A DNA stretch of 64,000 nt from Deltaproteobacteria bacterium (lineage in GTDB: Bacteria; Desulfobacterota; GWC2-55-46; JAJCZF01), in the NCBI GenBank assembly GCA_029262535.1, contig JAJCZF010000074.1:78883-142882 (forward strand). Reading direction: 5' to 3'. The position numbers and the translations under genes were made by a program. Positions 1 to 9,139 of this stretch are shown here, one piece after another (position 1 is the first letter of the stretch; every line of letters begins with the position of its first letter). A model generated the notes under the pieces. The model made no database searches and was not told the origin of the DNA. It worked only from the letters and a program-made list of their open reading frames with translations.

Positions 1-1081
1 ATAGTGGATAACCCTTTACCCAGCCCGAGTATACTGTCGGTAAGAGCGGCACGAATATCCACAGGACCGCAAGCACGAAGAGCGGCGCGCTGCGGCGCAG
101 TTTAATGAGGCAAAAGATTAGAATGAGGCTCGCTATAATAAGCAGGATAGATCTAAGCTCCGTTACGGAGCCGACCGGGTCGATCCTCATATGCGCGTAA
201 AATATCAGATCCGTTGGCCAGACGAGTTTTTTAAAGTATTCAAATAAGAGCGGCAGGATATTTATCAGGTACTCGTATGGAGTATAGGCCTTGTTCTGCG
301 CGCTGCCCGGAGAGAGAGAGCCGAGAGCCGTGATACGCAAGAGCAGGTAGATGATAAAGGCCGGGAAAAAGAGCCAGAACCTTCTTATAAGTGCGCTCAC
401 TGCCGCGCCGGGACGCCGGTGGTCCGTCTCGGATCTTTCCATAAAGAGCAGGTCGTAAAAAAATAATATTACCGGAATAACGATGGCCGTCTCTTTATAT
501 AAGAGGGCGATAAAAAAGAATAGGGCCGCGCCGGCGGTATTATGGGGTCCACGCCCTTTCGAGAAGCAGTAGAGGGCCATAATAAAGCAGAATGAATAAG
601 ATAACTCCGTTACGGTGGCGACCCATGCGACAGATTCGGCGTTGACCGTATGAAGGGCGAAGAGCGTTGCCGTTATAAAGGCCCACGGTGCGGCTTCCGA
701 GTTATGTGAAAGCCGCCCGGTATTGCTACTTAGAAGGCCGAGGGCCAGAAAGTAGAGGGCCGCTACATTCATAGCGTGCAGTACTATATTTATGAGATGG
801 TAACCCCACGGGGACGTGCCCGAAAGGGCGTGGCTAATGAGATAAGAGACGTACATAAGAGGCCTGTAGTAGGCCGAATCACTGCCTTCCGGCAAAAAGG
901 ACCAGACAGAAGAGAAGAAGATATCTCGCAGGTGGCCGCCCTCAAGAACCCATGGGTTCTGTGCCACCTGATATATATCATCCGAGACGAAACCTCCCGA
1001 TAGCGTATTCAGGTAGACCCCTACGGCTATGATTACGGCTATTGCCGCGGGTACGTATCTTTGATAGCTATTATTAATCAT
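1..1081 (-). CDS. Polytopic membrane glycosyltransferase-like protein (GT-C fold; TMTC/PMT_2, DUF1736-like). N-terminal part only; the C-terminus lies beyond the window start.
   Basis: Manual minus-strand translation from ATG 1081..1079 reads without a stop to position 1. It gives many TM helices with motifs such as VSDDIYQVAQNPW, YYRPLMYVSY and GYHLINIVLHAMN, typical of PMT_2/TMTC-type transferases. It is missing from the ORF track because it is truncated at the window edge. Confidence 0.5.
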   Translation of the reverse strand, partial: MINNSYQRYVPAAIAVIIAVGVYLNTLSGGFVSDDIYQVAQNPWVLEGGHLRDIFFSSVWSFLPEGSDSAYYRPLMYVSYLISHALSGTSPWGYHLINIVLHAMNVAALYFLALGLLSSNTGRLSHNSEAAPWAFITATLFALHTVNAESVAWVATVTELSYSFCFIMALYCFSKGRGPHNTAGAALFFFIALLYKETAIVIPVILFFYDLLFMERSETDHRRPGAAVSALIRRFWLFFPAFIIYLLLRITALGSLSPGSAQNKAYTPYEYLINILPLLFEYFKKLVWPTDLIFYAHMRIDPVGSVTELRSILLIIASLILIFCLIKLRRSAPLFVLAVLWIFVPLLPTVYSGWVKGYPL

Positions 1082-1139
1082 AGTGATTATTATACACAAG
1101 CCTTGTTGCGCGGTCTAGCGGTCTGCTATTTCGTTTTTT

Positions 1140-2786
1140 TTATGGCCTAAAGGCCTTTCGGCCATAGATCAAATACTGCGTCTTCTCATAGAGACTCTGT
1201 ATTCTATCTTCGCCCATGCCAACGGTTGAAACAATCTGCCCGGCGACGCCATCGCCGTCAACAAGCACGATAGCCTCTAATTCATAACCTTCCCTCATAA
1301 AGGCCGCACCTTGACCGGAGAGGAACTTATCCGGCCTGCCGACCCACGAGCCGGTGACATTTACAAAAACTATCTTGGCGGGCCGGGCCTCTTTTATCTT
1401 TTTCCACGCCATAGTACGAAACTCGTCGGCGCGGGGATAGTCCCTTACGAGCGGGTAGGTGAAGATAAATGGCATAGCGCTCTTTCGTTCGCTTAAGAAT
1501 AGTATCTCCGGTTCCGAGCCGAGTATGAGGATCTTTTCGTCTACGCCGGTCTTTTCTTTTATATATTCGCTAACGGTCTCGGCTGAGAGGAACGGGTCGT
1601 AGTGGAAGACGTATTTGCTCTTTTCTTCCATCGGGCTCTCGAAATAATATGGCCCCTTTCGAGCGAGCGGGACCCCGATGATGATTATAACCATCGCCGC
1701 CGTGAGCGCAGACCTTGCGTTCGTTGTCCTTACTATCCGGCTAAAAAAGAGCAAACCGCCTCCCGCCCCGAGCGCCAGCGGCACGGCGAGCTGTGCGAGG
1801 TAATGCGCGTAGGCGTATCCGGGTACGATTCCGGCGAATGAAAAGAGAAGGAAACCCGCGACGATCAGGCCGGCCTTTTTTTCTCCCTTTAAGAAAGGCG
1901 CGATGATCCCGGCTATGCCGGCTGTGATGATAAGCGGGTTCTCACGAAAAAAGTCGCCGAGGATAAGGGACAGATTTTTAAAGACGAATGATGGGTCGGC
2001 CGCGCCGCCATAGAGGAAGTTATGCGTAAAGTTCCAATAGAAAAACTCTTCACCGGCTCCGGCATTTACAAAGTAGGCCACCAGGAGAGCTGAGAGGGTG
2101 AGAAGACCTATGCAAAACGATAAGAACGGTTTGAGTGTAGCCAGGCGTAATCGCCCCTCTCTACGGCCCGACAGGATGGTAGATACGACTATATATATAG
2201 CGACAAATAGAATACTTGTAGCAGCCGGCGGTTTTATCCAACATGCCGCCGCGCCTGAAAATCCGCTTAGGAGATAAAAAAGGTTGGCCTGCCTGCCCAT
2301 TCCTTCCGCTTTGAGTACAAGGAGCAGCGATATTGCTACGGGCAGCATCATAAATAGTTCGCTCGACCCTGTGGAGCCGAGTATGGAGTGGGCGATACTT
2401 AAGATGCCATAGGATAGAGCGGCGAAGAGGCCCGCTTCTTTCGATCTGAATACCCTTACGGCGAGAAAGTAGACGCAAAGCAGTGTTAGAAAGTTATAGA
2501 TATGCAGGAAGATATGTATCCCAGAGGTGGTATTGGGAAATATGGAAAGCGCTACGGAATATATAAAAAAGATGAGCGGCGGTTTGTGATTTACGGCATC
2601 GATATAAGGCAGACCGCCGTCGAGCAAGAGCCTGCCCATGTAAGCGTAACCGCCTTCGTCCCTGCCGAGCGGGATATCTATAAGGTTTATCCTGAAGGCG
2701 ATATATAGAAAAATTATGCCAACCCAGAAGAGCCAGTAGAGGGCGGGCCTGCTTGCCGGGCCGGGTTTTTTTTCACTTCTTATCAT
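1140..2786 (-). CDS. ArnT/PMT-family (GT39/GT83-like) membrane glycosyltransferase
   Basis: 548 aa with 10 or more predicted TM helices. The N-terminal region (GRDEGGYAYMGRLLLDG ... NHKPPLIFFIYSVAL) resembles the undecaprenyl/dolichyl-phosphate sugar transferase family. It ends 4 bp inside the downstream SGNH hydrolase gene, suggesting translational coupling. Confidence 0.55.
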   Translation of the reverse strand: MIRSEKKPGPASRPALYWLFWVGIIFLYIAFRINLIDIPLGRDEGGYAYMGRLLLDGGLPYIDAVNHKPPLIFFIYSVALSIFPNTTSGIHIFLHIYNFLTLLCVYFLAVRVFRSKEAGLFAALSYGILSIAHSILGSTGSSELFMMLPVAISLLLVLKAEGMGRQANLFYLLSGFSGAAACWIKPPAATSILFVAIYIVVSTILSGRREGRLRLATLKPFLSFCIGLLTLSALLVAYFVNAGAGEEFFYWNFTHNFLYGGAADPSFVFKNLSLILGDFFRENPLIITAGIAGIIAPFLKGEKKAGLIVAGFLLFSFAGIVPGYAYAHYLAQLAVPLALGAGGGLLFFSRIVRTTNARSALTAAMVIIIIGVPLARKGPYYFESPMEEKSKYVFHYDPFLSAETVSEYIKEKTGVDEKILILGSEPEILFLSERKSAMPFIFTYPLVRDYPRADEFRTMAWKKIKEARPAKIVFVNVTGSWVGRPDKFLSGQGAAFMREGYELEAIVLVDGDGVAGQIVSTVGMGEDRIQSLYEKTQYLIYGRKAFRP

Positions 2787-3871
2787 TGTGGCGGTAGCGG
2801 TAGCGGGGCCAGCCGTGACGCGATCTCACTGGCGAGCGCCTCGGCGGCTATTTGGTGCGCGATCTCGTTTGGATGCGCGTCTACCGCGTGTACGCGCAGT
2901 TTCAGCGGGCCGTACTCTTGATAGCTCTTTGTCATATCAATATAGCTCACGCCGTTGGCCTCGAAGATGGCGCGCAGCTTTTCGTGGACCGGCTCGAAGC
3001 GGTAGCCATCCTTATTATACCCGTTAAGGTCGGGGAAGAGGATTACGACGATATCCGCATTATTTTTTCTAATTTTTAAGACGGCCTCCTTAAAGAGCTT
3101 TTCAAGCTCCCCCCACATGGTCGGGTCTTGGTAGAGCTGGTTGATAAAGTCGAAATAGTCGCCTGAATAGGAGCGTCGCTGTAGCCTCTTTTTGATATAG
3201 TTATATAGTTTTGAGGGGGTATTTGCGCCCTTTTTCATAGATCCGCGTTTTCTAAGGGTCCATAGGTCGATATCTGCGTGGGAAATGTCGTTAAGCACGT
3301 AGGCCCAGAGGACGAGGTCCGGCCTGTAACGAGGCAGTGCGGTGTCGAGCGTTACCCATTCGTCGCGGATGCCGTGGCCGTTTACGCCGAGGTTGAATAC
3401 CTCTACACCTGCCCCTTTGGCGCGCAGGCTCTTTTCAACTACCTTGGGAAATGACTGGCTGGCGTAGACCCCTTCACCGATGGTAAAAGAGTCGCCAATG
3501 GCCGTTATGCGAAAGACCTTATCGCTCTTCGGGCCGAACTCGTAGTCCCGGTATCCGTCTGAGTTTATCTTATAGTAGATGCGGTTCTTATCGTCGAAGG
3601 TACTGCGGGGGTTCGACGGGTACTCGGTGGCCCATACCGAGCCCGGCCTGTAGCCGTAATATTTATATACCAGGCCCGGGTCGTCCTTGTGTTCCATGTA
3701 GAGGGGGTGCGGCTCCACAACGAGCGACTGGGCGAGGTTGATATATTTAGTCCTGACTCCGATACCCTCTTTTATGTCGATAAACCTGAAGGCGACCTCT
3801 AAAACGACAAGGATAAAGATTATCGAGAAGGCAGCGAGTGCCAGATTTTTAGAAAGATTTTTCATATCCAA
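2783..3871 (-). CDS. SGNH/GDSL-family hydrolase with N-terminal membrane anchor
   Basis: N-terminal TM helix followed by block I GDSFTIGEGV (catalytic Ser in GDSxT). Later GxND-like and DxxH-like blocks (VLNDISHADIDLW ... HAVDAHPNEIAHQ) are present. Confidence 0.6.
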   Translation of the reverse strand: MDMKNLSKNLALAAFSIIFILVVLEVAFRFIDIKEGIGVRTKYINLAQSLVVEPHPLYMEHKDDPGLVYKYYGYRPGSVWATEYPSNPRSTFDDKNRIYYKINSDGYRDYEFGPKSDKVFRITAIGDSFTIGEGVYASQSFPKVVEKSLRAKGAGVEVFNLGVNGHGIRDEWVTLDTALPRYRPDLVLWAYVLNDISHADIDLWTLRKRGSMKKGANTPSKLYNYIKKRLQRRSYSGDYFDFINQLYQDPTMWGELEKLFKEAVLKIRKNNADIVVILFPDLNGYNKDGYRFEPVHEKLRAIFEANGVSYIDMTKSYQEYGPLKLRVHAVDAHPNEIAHQIAAEALASEIASRLAPLPLPPQ

Positions 3872-4002
3872 ATAGTATAGCCCATGCCGGTCTTGTCGCT
3901 CAAGGAGTTTATACTTGCTATTACCACGTTTTATTGTGATACTTATAAGTTACACCCACCCAGAAAGGGCGGGTATGACAAAGTACGATAACCGGAGGCA
4001 CA

Positions 4003-5817
4003 GTGAAGAAGAGAAGAGATATACGAAATATTGCGATAATAGCCCATGTAGACCACGGTAAGACGACGCTCGTAGATGGCATGTTGCATCAGGCCGGGAC
4101 CTTTAGAGAGAACGAAGCGGTCAAGGAACGCGTCATGGACTCTATCGACCTCGAACGTGAGCGCGGCATTACGATAATGGCCAAAAATACCGCGGTTGTA
4201 TATAACGATGTGAAGATAAATATAATCGATACGCCGGGACACGCCGACTTCGGTGGCGAGGTCGAAAGAACCTTGAAGATGGTAGACAGTGTTTTTCTAC
4301 TTGTCGATTCTTCCGAGGGGCCGTTGCCCCAGACGCGTTTTGTCCTCAAGAAGGCTCTTGAACTGGGCCTTCCGCCGATACTTGTTATAAACAAGATTGA
4401 CCGGAAGGACGCGCGTATCGAGGAAGTGGTAGACGAGGTATACGACCTCTTTATAGACCTCGACGCCACGGAAGACCAGCTTGATTTCCCTATAATATAT
4501 ACTAACGCAAAGGCCGGTATCGCAAAGCTTGAGCTTGACGACGACGCTACGGATCTTCGCCACCTTTTTGAGATGATAATCGACAAGATGCCGCCGCCCG
4601 ATGAGAAGAGCGAAGAGGTATTGCAGGTCCTTGTCACAAATATCGACTATAACGACTATCTGGGCAGGCTTGCCGTAGGACGTATCTTTTCCGGCACTAT
4701 AAGGAAGAACGATCAGGTGGCCCTGGTGAATGCGGAAGGTGAGAGTACGAAGCTTAAGGCAAGTTCCCTATATACCTTCAGCGGGCTTGAGCAGGTCGAG
4801 TGCGACGAGGCCAAGGCCGGGGACATTATAGCTTTGGCCGGCATGAAAGATGTAAGTATCGGCGATACTATCACCGACCCGGAAAATCCGCAGCCCCTTT
4901 CCGGTATCAGGCTCGACGAGCCGACGATATCGATGGTCTTTTCACCCAACACCTCGCCCTTTGCCGGACTTGAGGGTAAGTACGTCACATCTAGGAATAT
5001 TCGTGAAAGGCTCGAAAAGGAGCTTTTATATAATGTCTCTATCAAGGTCGACTTCTCCCAGCCCGAGGCCTTTAAGGTTATGGGCAGGGGCGAATTGCAG
5101 CTTGCGATCCTTATAGAGATGATGCGCCGCGAGGGCTATGAGCTATCTGTCTCAATGCCCCAGACGATTACCAAAGAGATAGAGGGCAGAAAACACGAGC
5201 CAATGGAGCTTCTCCAGATAGACGTGCCCGAAGAGTATATCGGCGTTGTCACCGAGAGCCTTGCACCGCGTAAGGGCAAGATGCTCAATATGCACAACCC
5301 CGGAAACGGTCGCGTGAGGCTCGACTACCGCGTTCCAACGCGCGGCCTTATCGGCTTCAGGAGCCAGTTCATGACAGACACGCGCGGCACCGGCCTCTTA
5401 AATCATCTCTTCGACGGCTACGAGCCGTGGCATGGTGATATCACCAAGAGGAATTCGGGCGTGCTCGTTGCCGACAGGACAGGAAAGACGACAACTTACG
5501 CGCTCTTTAACCTCCAGCCGAGAGGCACTCTATTTCTGCGTGAGGGCGCCGAGGTCTACGAGGGCATGATAATAGGCGAGAACTCCAAGGAGAGCGATCT
5601 CGACGTAAATCCTGTAAAGCCTAAAAAACTTTCAAATATGCGCTCCTCCGGCTCCGACGATACGTTACAACTCATTCCGCCGAAGAATCTGAGCATGGAA
5701 GAGGCCCTTGAGTTTATCAAGGAGGACGAGCTTGTGGAGATAACTCCCACGGCTATAAGGCTTAGAAAGACGGTGCTTGCTTACAACCAGAGGTCCAAGT
5801 CCAAAAAAGCCTACTAA
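4003..5817 (+). CDS. typA: Translational GTPase TypA/BipA
   Basis: 604 aa. G1 [11 protein letters not shown]3 DTPGHADF and G4 NKIDR are present. Full-length colinearity with BipA, including the C-terminal domain. Confidence 0.95.
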   Translation: MKKRRDIRNIAIIAHVDHGKTTLVDGMLHQAGTFRENEAVKERVMDSIDLERERGITIMAKNTAVVYNDVKINIIDTPGHADFGGEVERTLKMVDSVFLLVDSSEGPLPQTRFVLKKALELGLPPILVINKIDRKDARIEEVVDEVYDLFIDLDATEDQLDFPIIYTNAKAGIAKLELDDDATDLRHLFEMIIDKMPPPDEKSEEVLQVLVTNIDYNDYLGRLAVGRIFSGTIRKNDQVALVNAEGESTKLKASSLYTFSGLEQVECDEAKAGDIIALAGMKDVSIGDTITDPENPQPLSGIRLDEPTISMVFSPNTSPFAGLEGKYVTSRNIRERLEKELLYNVSIKVDFSQPEAFKVMGRGELQLAILIEMMRREGYELSVSMPQTITKEIEGRKHEPMELLQIDVPEEYIGVVTESLAPRKGKMLNMHNPGNGRVRLDYRVPTRGLIGFRSQFMTDTRGTGLLNHLFDGYEPWHGDITKRNSGVLVADRTGKTTTYALFNLQPRGTLFLREGAEVYEGMIIGENSKESDLDVNPVKPKKLSNMRSSGSDDTLQLIPPKNLSMEEALEFIKEDELVEITPTAIRLRKTVLAYNQRSKSKKAY

Positions 5818-5837
5818 AAGAAGAATAATAAAATAAA

Positions 5838-5872
5838 AAAGGGGCCGCGCTTTAGAGCGCGGCCCCTTTTTT
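5838..5872 (+). terminator. Rho-independent terminator of typA
   Basis: GGGGCCGCGCT...AGCGCGGCCCC hairpin followed by TTTTTTT, preceded by an A-tract. Confidence 0.85.
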
Positions 5873-5892
5873 TGTCTTAAGAACTTATAGCG

Positions 5893-6070
5893 GACAATCC
5901 AAGGAAGCGCTGATCTATTCGTGAACTCGTATCTTGCGTCTAAAATATCCAGCTTCCGCGTTGCGAATCTTCGAAATAGCTAGCTATTCCGTACGATCCA
6001 CGCCTTGAATCTGAACATTTTAGCTCGCAACCTACTTCGGTCAGAATAAATCAGAACTTCCCTAATCTAT
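5893..6070. mobile_element. MITE-like nonautonomous repeat, copy A. About 170 bp with imperfect terminal inverted repeats (GGGAAG[C/T]NCTGAT[C/T]TATTC) and an internal 14-bp palindrome AATAGCTAGCTATT.
   Basis: Its reverse complement aligns at roughly 85% identity over about 165 bp with 48006..48172. Both lie in intergenic space. Confidence 0.6.
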
Positions 6071-6319
6071 TTTTCAATTCTTAAGAAAATTATTCTTTTT
6101 GAAGTATAGTGATTTCATGCCAGTTGGGTTCGGGCGTTGAGACGATATCTCTCACCTTTGTTTCTCGGCATAATCACGGCCTTAATAGCCTATGAGTATG
6201 CCGGTTTTTACCTCTCTTGACTATCCAATAAGGTGTTATTTCGCGGATATGCCTGTTACGGTTTTTTATAAAGTATGTAGGATTAAAGACAGATTGATTC
6301 TCTTTTTTATATGCGGATG

Positions 6320-6351
6320 TCATAACAGGATCGTAACATTGCTGTCATAAT
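6320..6351 (+). promoter_or_regulatory. Candidate Pho-box-like direct repeats (TGTCATA ... TGTCATA) upstream of the small-ORF/porin/pstS module
   Basis: Two exact TGTCATA heptamers at 6320-6326 and 6345-6351, in an AT-rich spacer ahead of a phosphate porin and pstS. The spacing is not the canonical 11 bp. Confidence 0.2.
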
Positions 6352-6407
6352 CTCGTAATGATGATCTCCTATAATGGTTTCAAACAAAGTGAAAATAAAA
6401 GGAGAAA

Positions 6408-6650
6408 GTGATGTCGACGGATCTAAAGAGTTTTGAGAGAGAAGAGAGAGCAAGAAAGAAGTTTCATTTGAATATACCTGCGAAATGCCCTTTCCTGGAA
6501 GAGGAAGAAGGTATTTCCTGCGGAGCCTCTGTGAACGATACTGTCCTTGGCCGGGATGCGCTAGTTGAGCGTTGTTATAGTGAAGAGTTTGATTTCTGCC
6601 CGATATTCTTGGCCGGCGCCCTGAGCGGAGGAACGAAAAGGGCGGCCTGA
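6408..6650 (+). CDS. Small hypothetical protein with four cysteines (80 aa)
   Basis: Good RBS AAAGGAGAAAGTG before the ATG. Cysteines at residues 27, 38, 56 and 64. It is co-oriented and immediately upstream of the porin gene. Confidence 0.35.
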   Translation: MMSTDLKSFEREERARKKFHLNIPAKCPFLEEEEGISCGASVNDTVLGRDALVERCYSEEFDFCPIFLAGALSGGTKRAA

Positions 6651-6711
6651 CCGACTTTAGAGATTTGAATTTATCAAAGAAGCAACCAACTTTAAAAGGA
6701 GAACTAAGGTA

Positions 6712-7911
6712 ATGAAGAGAGGAATAAAGCCATTAATATTAGGCGGGCTGATGCTTGCGGTTACGGCAGTCGTGCCGAGTCTGCCTACCGTGGCGGACGC
6801 GGCGGGAATCACCGTCTATAAGGACGGCGACAAGTATGTGAAGATGGGCGGACGTATCCAGATACAGTATCATTACGAAGACGAGGATACCGGTAGTCCG
6901 ACCGATAGATCGGTGGATGAGCTTTTCTTTAGAAGGCTGCGTCCCTATATAGAAGGGAGCCTTCATAAAGACTGGAAGGGTAAGTTCCAGTTCGATCTCG
7001 GCAAGTCCAGCAATGATAACGAGATAGTGATTAAGAGTGCCTATATGCAGTATACCGGCATAGAAAATGTAAAGGTAACTGTTGGTAACTCCCATACGCC
7101 TTTTTCTCGTGAGACTCTGACCTCTTCCAAGAAGCAGCAGCTGGTAGAGCGTACCTTTGTCGGAGACCATAACTACGGATCGCCGGACAGGAATCTTGGA
7201 ATACACGTAAAGGGAACGACCTCTGATAAGAAGATAGGCTGGGCAGTAAGCGCGGCCTCTGCTTCGATAGACCCTGACGACGATAAGCTTGACTTCGATA
7301 CCCCGGTTAATAAGAGCGACGACTGGAACGAAGGCTGGCTCGCCGGAGCAAGGCTCGACTTTCACCCTCTTGGACATCTTGCGATGGCCCAGGGCGACTT
7401 TAAGAGGGACGAGACCAAGGCGACCATAAGTGTCGCGGCCTTTAGCTGGAATAACGACGATGACAACAATACTCATACCGATGCGACGACAGGCCTTGAC
7501 GACGGCAAGGGCAAGCCGGATGTCGATACCGTAACAGGTTACGAAATAAGCGGCGCGTTACGCACGGCGGGTATTTCAATAGACGCACAGTACAATAGTT
7601 TTGATGTGGACTTGAAAGATAGTTCCGTAACAGCCGGTATGTACAAGGATGGATCTAGCAATCTTACAAGTCTCGCTATAGAGGGCGGTTATATGATTAT
7701 ACCCTCAAAGCTTGAAGTAGTCGCAGGTTATGAAGTGCAGGACGCCGACAACTACAAGACCGAGTGGACGAGAAGCTCCGTAGGCGCCAATTATTTTATC
7801 AAGAAGTATGATATAAAGGTTCAGGCCACCTACAGGATTGGCGAAGGCATAAAGGGCAAGAAGGATAACGACCTGAACGAGTTCTTCGCTCAGGCGCAGT
7901 ACGTATTTTAG
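6712..7911 (+). CDS. Outer-membrane porin, likely phosphate-selective porin O/P family
   Basis: Signal peptide, beta-strand-rich sequence and a C-terminal aromatic (…AQYVF). An RRLRP Arg cluster is present, as in OprO/OprP. It sits directly upstream of pstS. RBS AAAGGAG. Confidence 0.6.
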   Translation: MKRGIKPLILGGLMLAVTAVVPSLPTVADAAGITVYKDGDKYVKMGGRIQIQYHYEDEDTGSPTDRSVDELFFRRLRPYIEGSLHKDWKGKFQFDLGKSSNDNEIVIKSAYMQYTGIENVKVTVGNSHTPFSRETLTSSKKQQLVERTFVGDHNYGSPDRNLGIHVKGTTSDKKIGWAVSAASASIDPDDDKLDFDTPVNKSDDWNEGWLAGARLDFHPLGHLAMAQGDFKRDETKATISVAAFSWNNDDDNNTHTDATTGLDDGKGKPDVDTVTGYEISGALRTAGISIDAQYNSFDVDLKDSSVTAGMYKDGSSNLTSLAIEGGYMIIPSKLEVVAGYEVQDADNYKTEWTRSSVGANYFIKKYDIKVQATYRIGEGIKGKKDNDLNEFFAQAQYVF

Positions 7912-7949
7912 TTAAACCTAAAGAGGGTCGGAAGACCCGGCTAAAGATA

Positions 7950-8984
7950 ATGGAGAAAGAGATGAAAAAGATCAGAAAATATATAACGGCTATTGCCGTA
8001 GCGGCGGCCTTTACCGCGGGCCTGACAGGCTTTGCTACAGACGCAGACGCGGCTAGAAAGATAGTTAAGGTAGACGGCTCTTCGACCGTCTTTCCGATAA
8101 CCGAGGCCGTGGCCGAAGAGTTTCAGATATCGAAGAGGGGTAAGGTTATGGTAACGGTCGGGGTATCGGGCACCGGCGGCGGATTTAAAAAGTTCTGTCG
8201 CGGAGAGACCGACGTTTCCGACGCGTCACGTCCGATAAAGGCCAAGGAGGCCGCGCTCTGCAAGGAGAACGGTATCGACTTTATCGAACTTCCGGTGGCC
8301 TACGACGGGCTTGCCGTTGTGGTAAATCCGAATAACGACTGGGTAAAAGAGCTAACCCCGGCGGACCTTAAGAAGATCTGGGAGCCGGCGGCGCAGGGTA
8401 AGATAACGAAGTGGAGCCAGGTGAAGCAGGGCTGGCCTGATAAGCGTATCAATCTCTTTGGTCCGGGAACCGATTCGGGAACCTTTGATTACTTTACCAA
8501 GGCCATAAACGGCAAAGAGGGCGCGAGCCGCGGCGACTATACGGCGAGCGAAGACGACAACGTGCTGGTTCACGGCATATCGGGCGACCGCTACGCGCTC
8601 GGTTTCTTCGGCATTGCCTACTACGAGAATAACAAGGACAAGTTAAGGCTCATAGGCGTTGACGACGGAGACGACTCGAACGGCAAGGGGGCGATACTGC
8701 CATCTATGGAGACGATCAACAACTCCACCTACCAGCCGCTCTCAAGGCCAATATTTATCTACGTCTCAAAGCAGGGGGCCGAGGCGAAGCCGGAGCTTGA
8801 TGAATTTATAGCGTTCTACCTTGAAAACGCGCCGGCCCTTACCGAAGAGGTCGGTTATATACCGCTTCCCGACAAGATCTATGAGGGAGCCCTGAAGAAG
8901 TTCCGCGCCAGGAAGACCGGCTCGGCCTTTTCCGACGGTTCAAAGACCGGCGTGTCGATAGAGGATCTTGTTAGCGCAAATTAG
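7950..8984 (+). CDS. pstS: Phosphate ABC transporter substrate-binding protein PstS-like
   Basis: Signal peptide. PBP-like motifs [10 protein letters not shown] and [12 protein letters not shown]. No pstCAB genes follow. Confidence 0.75.
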   Translation: MEKEMKKIRKYITAIAVAAAFTAGLTGFATDADAARKIVKVDGSSTVFPITEAVAEEFQISKRGKVMVTVGVSGTGGGFKKFCRGETDVSDASRPIKAKEAALCKENGIDFIELPVAYDGLAVVVNPNNDWVKELTPADLKKIWEPAAQGKITKWSQVKQGWPDKRINLFGPGTDSGTFDYFTKAINGKEGASRGDYTASEDDNVLVHGISGDRYALGFFGIAYYENNKDKLRLIGVDDGDDSNGKGAILPSMETINNSTYQPLSRPIFIYVSKQGAEAKPELDEFIAFYLENAPALTEEVGYIPLPDKIYEGALKKFRARKTGSAFSDGSKTGVSIEDLVSAN

Positions 8985-9080
8985 AGATAATATAAATCAT
9001 TTTTGTGGGGCTGCCATCCTGACTATGGATACTCATCCTATCCTCCCGGTTTAGAGCAGCTTGTCCCCACTTAGAAAAAG

Positions 9081-9115
9081 GGGGGCGTAACCTTACGCTT
9101 CCCTTTTTCTATTCG
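9081..9115. terminator. Bidirectional rho-independent terminator between pstS (+) and the convergent membrane-protein gene (-)
   Basis: AAAAA GGGGGGCGTAA CC TTACGCTTCCC TTTTTCT. The stem uses two G.T wobble pairs and is flanked by A- and T-runs on both sides. Confidence 0.7.
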
Positions 9116-9139
9116 GATAGTTTGATTTGCCGGAAAATT

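Noticed and set aside
4089-4637. 182-aa minus-strand ORF, Ser-rich
   Set aside because: It is entirely antisense to the well-supported typA gene and is low-complexity. This is typical of shadow ORFs in GC-rich DNA.
6739-7476. 245-aa minus-strand ORF overlapping the porin gene
   Set aside because: It is antisense to a gene with a signal peptide and a porin C-terminus. It has no RBS or motif support.
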